A DNA stretch of 64,000 nucleotides from Raja brachyura (lineage: Eukaryota). A model generated the notes under the pieces. The model was not told the DNA's origin and did no database searches. It saw only the letters and a list, made by a program, of their open reading frames with translations. Location: contig OY740787.1 of the NCBI GenBank assembly GCA_963514005.1, positions 70,866,001-70,930,000 on the forward strand. Reading direction: 5' to 3'. This document shows positions 1-11,526 of the stretch, piece by piece (within the stretch, counting starts at the first letter, position 1; each line of letters starts with the position of its first letter). The translations under genes and the position numbers were made by a program.

Positions 1-84
1 TAAACGACTCCACACTTCGTGGTCCATTTCTCACTGAATAGAGTTCAACTTCAAAAATCAGAGTTGCATTTGGGGGTACTTTAC
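1..84 (-). CDS. FKBP7: FKBP7 exon 3 (partial, runs off window)
   Basis: Manual translation (G)KVPPNATLIFEVELYSVRNGPRSVESF after TAG acceptor at 85-87; end of FKBP PPIase domain; phase matches exon 2. Confidence 0.92.
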
Positions 85-309
85 CTACATGGAGTGGAAA
101 ATCAAAAACACTTAATTAATTTTCAGTTCAATTTCTTCCTCGCACTTCTACCACACCTATCAAGATCTTCACTGCCTTTCCCTCCATTCATATGCATTGG
201 ATAGCATCTAGTCTTACCTTTAAAGAAAGAGTGGTGCACTCTTGCTGAAAAGAGCACCATGCTTGTGCTGCAGGGGTTTTTCCCTGTGAATGTTGCTTCA
301 TATAGCATC

Positions 310-685
310 GAGTAAGAATACTCATTGAGTGAGGGAGATCACATGTCGAATACAAAGACACTTAACTGAGTGCATTATGTAGACACGTTTCGGGTCAAAA
401 TTCTTCTTCCGACTGAGAGTCAGGGAGCAGGAAAACCAGAGGTATAAAAAGTTTCTGAAGAAATCAGAGCTAGCACTGATGACCAAGGAAAGGTAGAGTC
501 CAAAATGTTCCATTGTTGACTGTGGAAGAGGGAATAATGAATGGACATATGGATGCAAACAGTGAAACTGGCACAACGACTAAGGTGGAGGAGGGGCAGA
601 CAGGGAGGGAATGCAAGACCCAAGTAAAATTGGAGAAATGAATTCATACCACTGGGTTGCAGGCTGCCCACGTGCAATACCTTCT
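310..685 (-). mobile_element. Penelope-like element 3' tail remnant with degenerate hammerhead motif
   Basis: Reverse-complement similarity to 15800-16200 and 39240-39560 (tcataccactgggttg..., cgtttcgggtc...). Confidence 0.55.
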
Positions 686-751
686 GAATTTTGTAGTCGG
701 CAGGGCAGTACTCTGCATATCGCCAACTTGGACAATTTTACATTTTTATCA

Positions 752-918
752 TGCCAATTAACCTACAGATCTGTACGTCTTTGGAGATCTCGGAGAAAAC
801 CCACGCAGATCACGGGGAGAACGTACAAACAGCACCCGTATTCGGGACCGAATCCGGGTCTCGGGCGCAGCGTTTTGCTGTAAGGCAGCAACTCTACCGT
901 TGCGCCACCGTGACTGCC
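752..918 (-). mobile_element. tRNA-derived V-SINE (HE1-like), partial
   Basis: Reverse complement resembles 10702-10870: tRNA-like head (GGTGGCGCAACGGTAGAG) and V-domain GTGGGTTTTCTCC. Confidence 0.75.
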
Positions 919-945
919 AATATGAAGAGGTGTTCCTCCAATTGG

Positions 946-2344
946 CATGCCCTCCATAATGTTTGGGACAGAGACCATTATTTATTTATTTGCCTCTACT
1001 CCACAATTTGAGATTTGTAACAGAAAAAAATCACATGTGGTTAAAGTGCACATTGTCAGATTTTATTAAATGGTATTTTTTATACATTTTGGTTTCACCA
1101 TGTAGAAATTACAGCTTTGTTTATACATAGCCCCCCATTTCAGGGCACCATAATGTGAGGGAAACATGGCTTCACAGGTGTTTTTAATTGCACAGGTGTG
1201 TTAATATGTCTCCTTAATGCAGGTATAAGAGAGCTCTCAGCACCTAGTCTTTCTTCCATTCTTTCCATCACCTTTGGAAACTATCAAAGAAGCCATTATG
1301 AGACTGAGAAACAATAGAACTGTTAGAGACATCAGCCAAACCTTACGCTTACCAAAATTAACTGTTTGGAACATCATTAAGAAGAAAGAGAGCACTGGTG
1401 AGCTTACTAATCGCAAAGGGACTGGCAGGCCAAGGAAGACCTCCACAGCTGATGACAAAATAATTCTCTCCATTCTATGCCACAATGTACTTAAAAGTGC
1501 AACCATGGTTCTGGAAAAAGGTTTTGTGGACAGATTAGATTAAGATTAATTTATATCAGAGTGATGGCAAGAGCAAAGTATGGAGGAGAGAAGGAACTGC
1601 CCAAGATAAAAAGCATACCACCTCATCTGTGACACACGGTGGTGGGGATGTTATGGCCTGAGCATGTATGGCTCACTTATCTTCATTGATTATACAACTG
1701 CTGATGGTAGTAGCATCATGAATTCTGAAGTATATGGACCCCTTATCTGCTAAAGTTCAAACAAATGCCACAAAACTCATTGGCCTGCAGTTCATTCTAC
1801 AGCAAGCCAATGATCCCAAACATACTGCTAAAGCACCAAAGGAGTTTTTCAAAGCTAAAAAATGGTAAATTCTTGAGGAGCCAAGTCAATCACCCGATCT
1901 GAACCCAATTGAGCATGCCTTTTATATGCTGAAGAGAAATCTGAAGGGGACTAGCCCACAAAACAAGCATAAGCTAAAGATGGCTGCAATACAGGCCTGG
2001 CAGAGCATCACCAGAGAAGATACCCAGCAACTGGTGATGTCCATGAATCGTAGACTTCAAGCAGTCATTGCATGCAAAGGATATGCAACAAAATACTAAA
2101 CATTACTATTTTCTTTTACATTACATTGCTTTGTCCCAAACATTATGGAGTCCTGAAATGGGAGAACTATGTATAAACACTGCTGTAATTCTACATGGTG
2201 AAACCAAAATGTATAAAAATGGCCTTTATTAAAATCTGACAATTAAGCACATGTGAATTTTTCTATTACAAATCTCAAATTGTGGAGTTCAGAGGCAAAT
2301 AAATAAATGATGGGTATTTGTCCCAAACATTATGGAGGGCACTG
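946..2344 (+). mobile_element. Tc1-like DNA transposon, IR/DR type, with decayed transposase
   Basis: ~215-bp terminal inverted repeats (tgccctccataatgtttgggaca...tgtcccaaacattatggagggcactg) with inner direct repeats near 1141-1166 and 2132-2155; TA at right end; transposase fragments GTGRPRKT, NDPKHT, SQSPDLNPIE. Confidence 0.93.
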
Positions 2345-4066
2345 TAGGAAAGAACTGCAGATGCTAGTTTACACCAAAGATACATCTGTATGAAAGACAG
2401 ACACTTCAGATATTTGCTAATACCTCACCTACTGTTGTTCTTTAATGTAAGGACATCGAAAAGCCATTTCCCAAGTTTGTTTTGCCTGGTCCTTTTTTAG
2501 TTTTAATTTTAGATTCTATGGAGAATCTGTGGTGCCTCAGATTCCAGACATCTATAACAAGGTCAATGGTAGAAGAGCTTTATACCACAGGATCTTCCAA
2601 ATGGAGGTAGAAACATTGTGCTCATCCAGAAGGTGTACTGGAATTCCACTTTGCAAATGAGGCCCAGACAATCATTGCCCAGTGTACGAAGGGCAAGTTT
2701 AATAATCTCCACCTGCAAACCTCCTCACAACCACCTTCTTTCCTATAACAGTTATTATTCCAAAATGTTAAAACCTTTTTAGCGCAACACCCAGAAACTT
2801 GCTCGTGCTTATTCCAGATCCACCCTCCAACTACTGTATTGCTTTTACTTTGGATAATCTGAGCACCAACCAATCCTTCTGGAACTAGATACTCCTCGAC
2901 TTAAATGATAGGTGATTTACATAAACTCACACTTGCGTTAACCATTTTGTACTCAGTCCCTAGTTCAATCAAGGTAGTTTGCATTTCCACGACACCAAAT
3001 GATTACCTTACTCATGTTTTCAATCGGAAACATGCCAGCAATGGCGGTGGTGCTTACTCACAAGGCCGTGCTCAGCAGCAAGTGCCCCAACTCAAGCAAA
3101 GAATGGCAGCAGTGCTAACGCAGAAGGCTGCCCGCTGCAGGGAGTTCCCCGGATTCAGTCAGATGCGCTGAGTCAGTTAACACATTCAGTGAGTTATTTC
3201 GTTCAGTGGATGGGGATGGCGATTCCAACTTGCATAGTACAGATTTTAGGTAAGGGTTCATGGAACGTAACCCTTACACACGTCAGGAAGTGCCCATATA
3301 TTGTCTTGGAGTTTAAGCTTTTTTTAAAAAAACAAAATCTGTTCCTGGTACTTTCATAATACAGGCGAGATTTTATTTCCTGTCATCCTTTTCCTGAACA
3401 AGGTAACCCTGGTGGAAATTTGCATTAGTAGTTAGTAACGCAATCAATTAAGAGTGTACATACCATATTGAAATAAATACATGCATTCTACTCTAAGACC
3501 AGAGGGTCATCTTTTGCAGCATGCATGAATGCTCTTACATATCACTGGATTTGTAGTTGGATAAACTTCTTCTGGAGAACTGTACAAAAGGTTAAAAGTC
3601 AGAAGTGAGACATTGCCAGATAATTCGACACAGTAACATAAATAAGTATCACATGCAAAAAGAAAATAAGCACTGTTAGAAATGATTATACAATAAACCA
3701 ATGCAAAAACAATGCCAACATTCTGTTAATAAAGATCCATAAAAGGTTGTAATAGATAACCATGCATCGTTGCAGTGACAGTGCAAAAGACAATTGTTTT
3801 ATATTCGGGTGTTCAAAGATAATTCCTTGAATTAATTTTAAAATAATGTTCATGCCGTGATGCAACACAAATTAAAACATGCATTCTATCCTTAAATCCA
3901 TGCCAATAGTGAACATGTTCTGTCACAGTTTGATGATCCTCAATCTTAAATGGCAAGGTAACACATTCAGGTAACACATACTAGACTAAATTAATCTCCA
4001 CATAGCAGTAGTAATATTGGAAAATAAACAGAGCCACCGATTAGCCACTTTCATTGCAAATATTAC

Positions 4067-4218
4067 CTTTGCCAATTATTCCATATGCCAGTGAAGGTGG
4101 TATAATTAATTTTCTTTTCTCTCCTTCACACATATCAGCCATACCAATGTCTAATCCTTTTATTACTTGCCCCACACCAAGCAGAAACCACTTAGGATGA
4201 CCTTCATTGTCTTCACGA
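4067..4218 (-). CDS. FKBP7: FKBP7 exon 2
   Basis: [47 protein letters not shown]; AG/GT boundaries; 152 bp. Confidence 0.95.
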
Positions 4219-4899
4219 CTGGAAGGAAAAGAAAATATTTCTGATTAAAGATATCAATTTCAATAGATTAGAGTAGCAACATTTAAGTGAAAATGGTTTT
4301 ACAGTGAAAATGAAGCACTTGACCAATGTGTAAAATGAAAGCAGAATATTTTTTCCCATGTAGAATAAAAATTGAGATTGTTGGATATCAAAAGTTTATT
4401 CAAGTTGTTATTCACCCGCTGGCTAAAGAAATGCCTCCTCATTTTCATTCTAAAGGTACATCCTTTTACTCTGATAATTCTATATATTTTTTGTCATCAG
4501 AAGCAACTAATTTATTTCAAATCGTATGAATCATTCCTAGCCAAACAAGGTCTGAAATGATAAATGAAACAATTCATCAAACGGATTCAGTCATCAGCAA
4601 TGGCTATAGAGGTCGCTACCATTTATTTTACAACAGGAACCAATAGGAGAAAATGGAACTGGAATCATGCGAGCTAAAAAAAGAATTAACATGTAAATAC
4701 AGTAGTAAAGTAGGCAGGTGATACGAATTCCCAGTTGCTGGGAAGCTGGTATGATAGAAGCTCCTGCAATAGTTGTAGAAATTCTAAAGGAGGCAAGAGT
4801 GCCACCTGGTGTAGAAGCACAGAAAAATAAAATGCTAAAACCAAGACTTCAGAAATTGCACACGAGTCTACAGTGAAACGTAGAGAGATGGTGGAAATC

Positions 4900-4935
4900 C
4901 CTCCACCCGCTCAGCACCCACCCCTCCCTTCTCTA

Positions 4936-4966
<31 letters not shown>

Positions 4967-5285
4967 TCTACATTTCCCTCCTCACTTTCCTTTCTTATCA
5001 GAGTTCACAAATGGCACAATTCTGTCTTATTTACTTATCATCTCCCATCTTGGTTATTATCACCCTGCTCTCCCTCACCTTACACATCTGCAAATCAACC
5101 TCTCCACATGGATTCACCCATCATCTGCCAGCTCTTGCCCCATTCCTGCTAAGCTCTTTCTGCTATCTCCCCTTGACCCCATTCCAACTAAATAAGGGTC
5201 CCTACACAAAACGTCATCTGTCCATTTCCCTCCACAGATGTTGTCTGACCCGCATAGTTTCTCCAGCACTTTGTGTTTTGTTCAA
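4900..5285 (+). mobile_element. Decayed Penelope-like 3' tail with poly-C run
   Basis: Pyrimidine-rich tail ending aagggtc...aaacgtcatctgtccatttccctccacagatg...ctccagcactttgtg, shared with 16750-17150. Confidence 0.55.
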
Positions 5286-6553
5286 AAATCTAAAACCAGA
5301 TTAGTGGGATTAATTCAAAACCAGAGGATCAAGCATTATTATAGTCATTTAAAAGCCATATAAAATATTGACACAATGAGCAAAAGTGCAATAGGAACTT
5401 CAAGTAGTCACGTGTATAATACATGCATTGGTGATTGGTGTGCCCAACCAGACAAATATTTCCTTTTCAAAATAAAATGGAAAGAACAGAAAATATCAAT
5501 ATTTCTTTAATTCTGCATCAATGGTCAATTTCAGATCCCTTTGGAAGGTAGAATTTGCCTGATGTACGGTTTGTCACCAATTTGTTAAATAGCTGGCCAA
5601 TAGACAAACACCTTAAGCACAAGACAAGTATCTTTAAACATTTTGATACCGTGACTGCAAAGATAATATGGAAAAAATATAAATCTGGGATGATGCAAAA
5701 TGTGAACACAATTTAAGGGCAACAACACAAATGGGTTTTTACAAGGGGAAGGGTTTTTTAGATTAGCAAGTCTGCAAAGGTGAAAGGGTTCAGAACTAAG
5801 ATTTGAGGAGCAGGTTGAAAGGGTTTCGAGCTAAGATTTGAGGAGCTGATGAACAGGAACAGGACTTCTGCCAGATTACTGAGAAATGCCACTTTCAGGT
5901 AATAAAGACCCAGAAAAGAAGTTGGCAGTTCAACTATCATCAGTTTTGCAGGAAAAGGACATGGGGCCAGTGCTGTGTTTTATGGGCAGAATACATTTTC
6001 AGCAACCACGAAGAGAGACTGGAAAGGAACAAGAAAAATGTACACATTTGGGACAGGGCTGGGAGAAATACTATGTTTTGTCCTAGTACACAAAATAACC
6101 GGCAAATGGAAAGCTTTCAATCTGAGTGACTAGGATCTTCATGAGGTCCTTACACTGCAGTGAAAAAAAAATCATTGTTTCATACAATAATTGGCATAGT
6201 AAGAAAAAGCTAGTATCTATAAAGACTCCCAGGTCCGAAGCGTTAATTAACGGCCCCCCCACCCCCACAAAAAAAATGGTGCATGACCTTCTGAGTGTTT
6301 CCAACTTTTTCTGATTTTAGTTCAGACTCCCACCATTCTGATTTTGTTATCTATTCTTTGGAGACTTGGGTGCTTCACAATCAGTTTAGCGCACAACAAT
6401 AAGCATGTTTTCGTTATTTTACGTGGTAACGCATGAGAAATGGAATGGGAATGATCGCAGAGGGAGCAACGGACTTTGGTTTCTAAAGTAGGAGAGTTGC
6501 AGACGAAGCGAAGAACTTGAGCAAAACACAAAGGTGAGTGCTGGTGGGACTTA

Positions 6554-6821
6554 ATGCCCTGTCCCACTTAGGAAACCTGAACGGAATCCTCTGGAGTATT
6601 TGCGCCCCACACAAGGTTCCCGCAGGTTTTTGTCCTCCGGCAACCACCTTCAACTAGCATCGCAACCGGCTTGGACTAAAAAAATTACAGATTTTTAAAC
6701 CAGAAACCACTTTCGACCATTAGGGAGACTGACAAAATCCTCCGGGTACTGTACGTAAACCTTGGGTGGGGCGCAAAGTCTCTAGAGGTTTCTGTTCATT
6801 TCCTAAGTGGGACAGGGGCAT
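6554..6821. mobile_element. MITE with long inverted arms (Harbinger-like ends)
   Basis: atgccctgtcccacttaggaaa...tttcctaagtgggacaggggcat; imperfect inverted arms ~70 bp; TTA on left flank. Confidence 0.75.
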
Positions 6822-6844
6822 TTGCGGGTCAAATAGCATATATT

Positions 6845-7873
6845 TAGGTATGTTACAATACCTACCTTTAGCAGCGCTGCAGTTCTGCCGCTCCCCGTGT
6901 GCGCGGTTTTGGTGCCTTTCAGAGTTTAAAATGCCGTTTTAAAATGCAGGTTTAAAATGCCGTTTTTCTCTAGGCAGTCCAGGTCGATCCATGTCGGGCG
7001 ATTTCGTCGCTAAAGAGAAATCGCTCCGACATTTCATTCATAAAGGTATTTTTAAACTACACTAGATTATTTATTAACTAGAGTAGTTTAAAAGTCATCT
7101 TCTAAAGCGCTGAATGGTGACAGCGGAACAGACCTAAGGTAGGCGATAAAAGAAGCTACACAGTTTATTTTTACATAAAAACTTGGTTTTTAGGAAGGCT
7201 TTAATCACATTTTCATGTTGTGAAAAGGGGACAAAAAAATGTATGAACCGGCTGTATTTTTCATACTGACTTCACCGCAAACCGCAACGTTCTAATCCAC
7301 CGCATTCCACTAATGGCCATTAATTTACAGGCATTAAACATTAAATTCCGTCCATTTGGCCTAGAAATTCATGAAAATGAGATTTTAAAATTATGTTATA
7401 TTGTGGATTATTGTGTGAATGTTATTTGGACACTTAGGCAATTAAAAAAAAAAGTTTATCTTTTCTTAAGAAATGGATAGATGTTTAAATCTATTCATTG
7501 AATTTTGTAATTAGCTACAATTAGATAACTAACTAATTATATGCTTTAATTTCAGGTCATCCAAGTAAGATTGTTTCATATTTGTTTCAGAACGTTTCAA
7601 TCTACAATAACTGAAAATTTCATTGAGTTCTCTTAATTTTTAACAAAGTTATGGGCTTTTGACTGTTCTAGATCACAGCTTTTGAGTTATGTCAATTGAA
7701 AGGCAATGGGGAACAAGATGCTAATTTCCGAGTATGAAAATGGTCATAACTTTCTTAATACTGAAGATATGAAAGTGAATTAGGTCTCAATTTAAACTTA
7801 TTTTTTATGCTTTATCTGATGGGATAAATTGCAGACTTGATTTTTTAAATCTCAACATTTTGTAACATTGCTA
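6845..7873. mobile_element. Non-autonomous DNA transposon, copy 1 (~1.03 kb)
   Basis: Imperfect 14-bp TIRs taggtatgttacaa / ttgtaacattgcta; colinear with 27129-28150; no long ORF. Confidence 0.85.
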
Positions 7874-7900
7874 ATCTATGGATGGAGGGAGTGGACAAAC

Positions 7901-7928
7901 GACGTTTCGAGCCGGGACCCTTCTTCAG
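7901..7928 (-). ncRNA. Minimal hammerhead ribozyme-like core
   Basis: CUGAAGA-A-GGGUC-CC-GGCUC-GAAAC-GUC on minus strand; stem I poorly supported. Confidence 0.45.
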
Positions 7929-8250
7929 TCTTTGCTCAAGATTCCAGCACCTGCAGTTTATTGTGTGTCCGAACAGAAGAACTTACCCATATTGCAAAAG
8001 TCGGCAGTGAACTGGAGAAAGTCGGAAACTTTTCGCAAGTGCATCACTCGGACGACTTGGTGACCCGAGCGAGTGGAGCACAGGGGACGACGGAGTGTGT
8101 GAGCAGATCACCACCCACAGAGCAAAACGGTGCTGACAGATTCAAAGCGTCAATATAGAATGAAAATAATTCAAAAGAACACGCAAAACATCAAATGCAA
8201 AATAAATTTAAAAAAGCGGCGTTACAAAGTGCAAGTTAAAGGTAAGAGGT

Positions 8251-8347
8251 AGATACACAAAATGCTGGAGTAACTCAGCAGGTCAGGCAGGCAGCATCTC
8301 TGGTGCTGCCTGACCCGCCGAGTTACTCTAGCATTTTGTATATATCT
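8251..8347. repeat. Hairpin of two inverted Penelope-terminal-repeat fragments
   Basis: agatacacaaaatgctggagtaactcagcaggtcaggcag pairs with ctgcctgacccgccgagttactctagcattttgtatatatct. Confidence 0.8.
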
Positions 8348-8399
8348 TCGGTTTAACCCAGCATCTGCAGATCCTTCCCACACCAAAGGTAAAAGGTAC

Positions 8400-8602
8400 C
8401 TGCAATAAATCTGCGAGCCGTCCTCGGCGAGGTAGCCATCGTAGTGAGCATTGAGCGCGTCTCCTCTCCTGCTCTTCCGATGGCAGTCGTCCGGCCTGTA
8501 CACAACCTCTATCTTCACTTCTTCTTTGGTGTCGGCGTCAACCTGATTAAAGACGGCAGAACAAGCCAACAAAAAGAGGAGTAAGGCGGCAGGACGGTTC
8601 AT
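8400..8602 (-). CDS. FKBP7: FKBP7 exon 1 (signal peptide and start of PPIase domain)
   Basis: MNRPAALLLFLLACSAVF...VKIEVVYRPDDCHRKSRRGDALNAHYDGYLAEDGSQIYC; donor AG|GTACC; synteny with PLEKHA3 and TTN. Confidence 0.93.
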
Positions 8603-8780
8603 TGTGGATAGACGAGGCTGTGCTGAAGCTGCTCCGGCATCGACTGGCAGCGAGCGGCCCAACTGCCACGTCTCCGTGCCCCGCCTGCCTGGGCCCGCCG
8701 TCGCCCCTGACAACGGCAGGGTGGGCCATCCTCCCTATTGGTTACTATCCCTGTCAATCCATCGGCCTGTCGCTCCCGGG
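8603..8780 (-). promoter_or_regulatory. FKBP7 5' UTR / proximal promoter (GC-rich)
   Basis: CpG-rich; TGCCACGT at 8664-8671; CCAAT on minus strand near 8737-8741. Confidence 0.55.
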
Positions 8781-8989
8781 AAACAAGAGCATGCAGAATT
8801 GTGTGAGAAGTGTTCAAGAGTGCGTGAGTCTGCAACAACCGCAGATGCTGGTTTATACAGAGGATAGACACAAAAAGCTGGAGTAATTCGGCATCTCTGG
8901 AGAGAAGGAATGGAGTCTAGATCCTTCATGAGTGTTTGTGTTGTCATATGTCCCAGATAGCATTATGGAAATTCTTACTTGTAGCAACA

Positions 8990-9170
8990 CGTGGATATTT
9001 TAAAGGCAGAAATAGATAGATTTTTGATTATTACAGGTGTCAGAGGTTTATGGGGAGGAGGCAGGAGAATGGGGTTAGGAGGGAGAGATAGATCAGCCTT
9101 GGTTGAATGAATGGCGGGGTAGACTTGATGGGCCGAATGGCCTAATTCTACTCCTATTCCTTATGACATT
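8990..9170 (+). mobile_element. CR1/HER1-like LINE 3' tail
   Basis: aaggcagaaatagatagatttttg...gatgggccgaatggcctaattct, similar to 24195-24310. Confidence 0.7.
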
Positions 9171-9569
9171 ATGAACATAACAGAATATGTAAACAACGTC
9201 ATCTGTAAGCAATATAATAAAGGGAAAAAAAGTTTCGTGTGCAGATATATATATATATATACACACACACACCTACAATGAGTTACTCCAGCTTTTTGTG
9301 TCTATCTTCGCTTTAAACCAGTATCTGCAGTTCCTTCCTACACATGCATTAATTCAGGGAAACAGCAGGGAATAATTAAAAAGACGCAAAGTGCTGGAGT
9401 CATTCCAGGCACACACAAAATGCTGGAGCGACTCAGCGGACCAGGCAGCATCTCTGGCCAAAATCGTTTGGGTGGGGGTGGGGGTGGGGGTCGGGTCGGT
9501 TCGAGGCCCTTCTTCAGACCTAGTCTGGCACTGCCTTCCTGACGTCTAACAATTAACATGTCAATCAGT

Positions 9570-9960
9570 GGCTCTGGCACCGCCCACGGCGGCGGGGGGT
9601 TGGGACCATCTCGCTGGTCGATTACGTGGTGACGTCACGTCTCTGTCCGACGTGACTGCGCAGGCGGCGCGGGGTGAGGGGTGAGCGGGCAGCGGCCGCT
9701 CCGACGGCCTGTCTGTGTCGCAGGCGCCGGTTCCCGGGACGGGCCGCCATGCTGCCGAGCGCAGGCTCCGCCCGTGCCGCCGGCGCCGCGCTGAGGCCGC
9801 GCCTCCGGCTACAGGCCGGGCCCGCCGCTTGCGTGTGAGGCGGCGCCGTCGCGCCGTGTGAAGATGGAAGGAATACTTTACAAGTGGACCAACTACCTGA
9901 CGGGTGAGGGAGGCCCCGGACCCGCACCCGCAGCCGCAGCCGCCTTGTCCCTCCCTCCCT
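9570..9960 (+). promoter_or_regulatory. CpG island / PLEKHA3 promoter and 5' UTR
   Basis: Very high GC/CpG; palindromic CRE TGACGTCA 9630-9637; NRF1-like TGCGCAGGCG 9657-9666. Confidence 0.8.
9864..9903 (+). CDS. PLEKHA3: PLEKHA3 (FAPP1) exon 1
   Basis: MEGILYKWTNYLT-G, the FAPP PH-domain start; donor G|GTGAG. Confidence 0.95.
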
Positions 9961-10029
9961 CGACTCCTGACAGGGACTACACTCTCCATCACTCCCTCAT
10001 CGGCTCGTCCCCTTTGTCCCTTCCCACTC

Positions 10030-10680
10030 GCCCATCTCCAACCTCTGGCACTGCACCTGAAACTGTAGGAGATGCAACACTTGCTCCAACACTCCCTCAC
10101 CACCAACATCCACGGGACTAACTAACTAAACAGCCCTTCTAGGTGAGGCAGAGATTCACATGCACTTCCAACCTCGTTACTACATTCTCTACGACATCGG
10201 TCTTGGGATATGGTATTCTCTACATCTGCCAGACCCAACGTGGATAGATGTGTGATTGTTCTGCAGAATTCCTGTGCTATCTGCAATGGCCATCTTGACC
10301 CTCTAGTTCCATGTCATTTCAACTCCCCCTTCCTTTACTACACTGATTTGTTGCCTTCAATCTTCCAGGGTGAGACCCAGTATAAAACAGATCCACCTGA
10401 GCAGCTACGACCCAAAGTTATAAAAACTGAACTTTCCAATTTCAAGTGAACCCCCCTCTGTTCACCCAAGTTCAGTCCCCTTTTATTCACCTTTTCAATC
10501 CTATCTCCTCCCCCACCTGGTTCCTAATGACTATCATCCACATATCTATCTGGTTTGGATTTTTCTTTCTTGATTCACCTTTTCTCTCTCTACTCCCCCC
10601 ACCCATCCCCATAGCCCCATCTGCCCGTCATCCTTGTCTCTCCCATTCTCCCCAAATCTGATTGTAGCTATGATCATCCT
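10030..10680 (+). mobile_element. Decayed Penelope-like GIY-YIG remnant
   Basis: aggtgaggcagagattcacatgcacttccaacctc... resembles 15548-15870. Confidence 0.55.
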
Positions 10681-10701
10681 ACCTCCCCTCCCACTCGAGT
10701 T

Positions 10702-10979
10702 GCACAGTGGCGCAGCTGTAGAGTTGCAGCCTTACAGCGCTAGAGACCTGGGTTTGATCCTGACAATGGGTACTGTTTGTACAGTCTTTTTTTGACTGCG
10801 TGGGTTTCTCCAGGTGCTCCGGTTTACTCCCATGCTTCAAAGACATGCAGGTTTGTAGGTTAATTGGCTTTTGTAAATTGTTCCTATTATGTTGGATAAA
10901 ACGAGTGTGTGGGAGAAGCTGGTCGATGTGGACTCGGTGGGCCGAAGGGCCTATTTCCATGCGATTTGTAAACTAAACT
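10702..10979 (+). mobile_element. V-SINE (HE1-like), near full length
   Basis: tRNA-like head, V core gtgggtttctccaggtgctccggtttactccc, CR1-like tail gggccgaagggcctatttcc, (taaac) end. Confidence 0.85.
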
Positions 10980-11106
10980 CTCACTTCTATATACTGGCTA
11001 TTTTCACTTGACATTTTTAGTCCTGCGCCTGGTATCTGTCCTGTGAAAATTGCTACTTCGAAGAATTAAGTAGTAATTCTGATTTGTAAATGTTATTTCT
11101 CCTCAG

Positions 11107-11223
11107 GTTGGCAGCCTCGTTGGTTCATACTGGATAATGGAATACTTTCTTATTATGATTCTCAGGATGATGTTAACAAAGGCAGCAAAGGGAGTATCAA
11201 AATGGCTGTTTGTGAAATTAAAG
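11107..11223 (+). CDS. PLEKHA3: PLEKHA3 exon 2
   Basis: [38 protein letters not shown]; CAG acceptor; GC donor (AAG|GCAAGT). Confidence 0.93.
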
Positions 11224-11526
11224 GCAAGTGATAAACACTTTTCCTAAATTAAATCAGTTAATATTAAATGAAATAATTTTGACCTAGATTATTTTATCTA
11301 CTGTAAAGAAAATACCACCATCCTTAATCTTCAGCAGATTTGCATAGATATTTTGTTTAGGTCTTAGGGTAGGATATCCAGGCACTCTCAGAACATCAAA
11401 AACTGATTGTTAACTTTTTTGTAGAAATTAGAATACTGACAGTATTTTTGTAACTATAACTTTTTCGTGAGTTTAGTTGTATTTAACTATGGGATCACTT
11501 CATCACTTGTTCTTCTTTAAAACTAG

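Noticed and set aside
2620-3300. Possible Tigger/piggyBac-like remnant
   Set aside because: Only a vague terminal resemblance near 3260-3297; no matching opposite end or ORF found
4873-5304. 143-aa proline-rich ORF
   Set aside because: Arises from a poly-C run and decayed repeat tail
8603-8713. 37-aa N-terminal extension of FKBP7 in the ORF track
   Set aside because: Non-ATG start; the ATG at 8602 directly precedes the signal peptide
9561-10121. 182-aa and 101-aa Arg/Ala-rich minus-strand ORFs
   Set aside because: By-product of GC-rich CpG island with few stop codons
10702-10765. tRNA-like sequence (also ~845-918, minus)
   Set aside because: SINE head followed by V-domain; no intact cloverleaf
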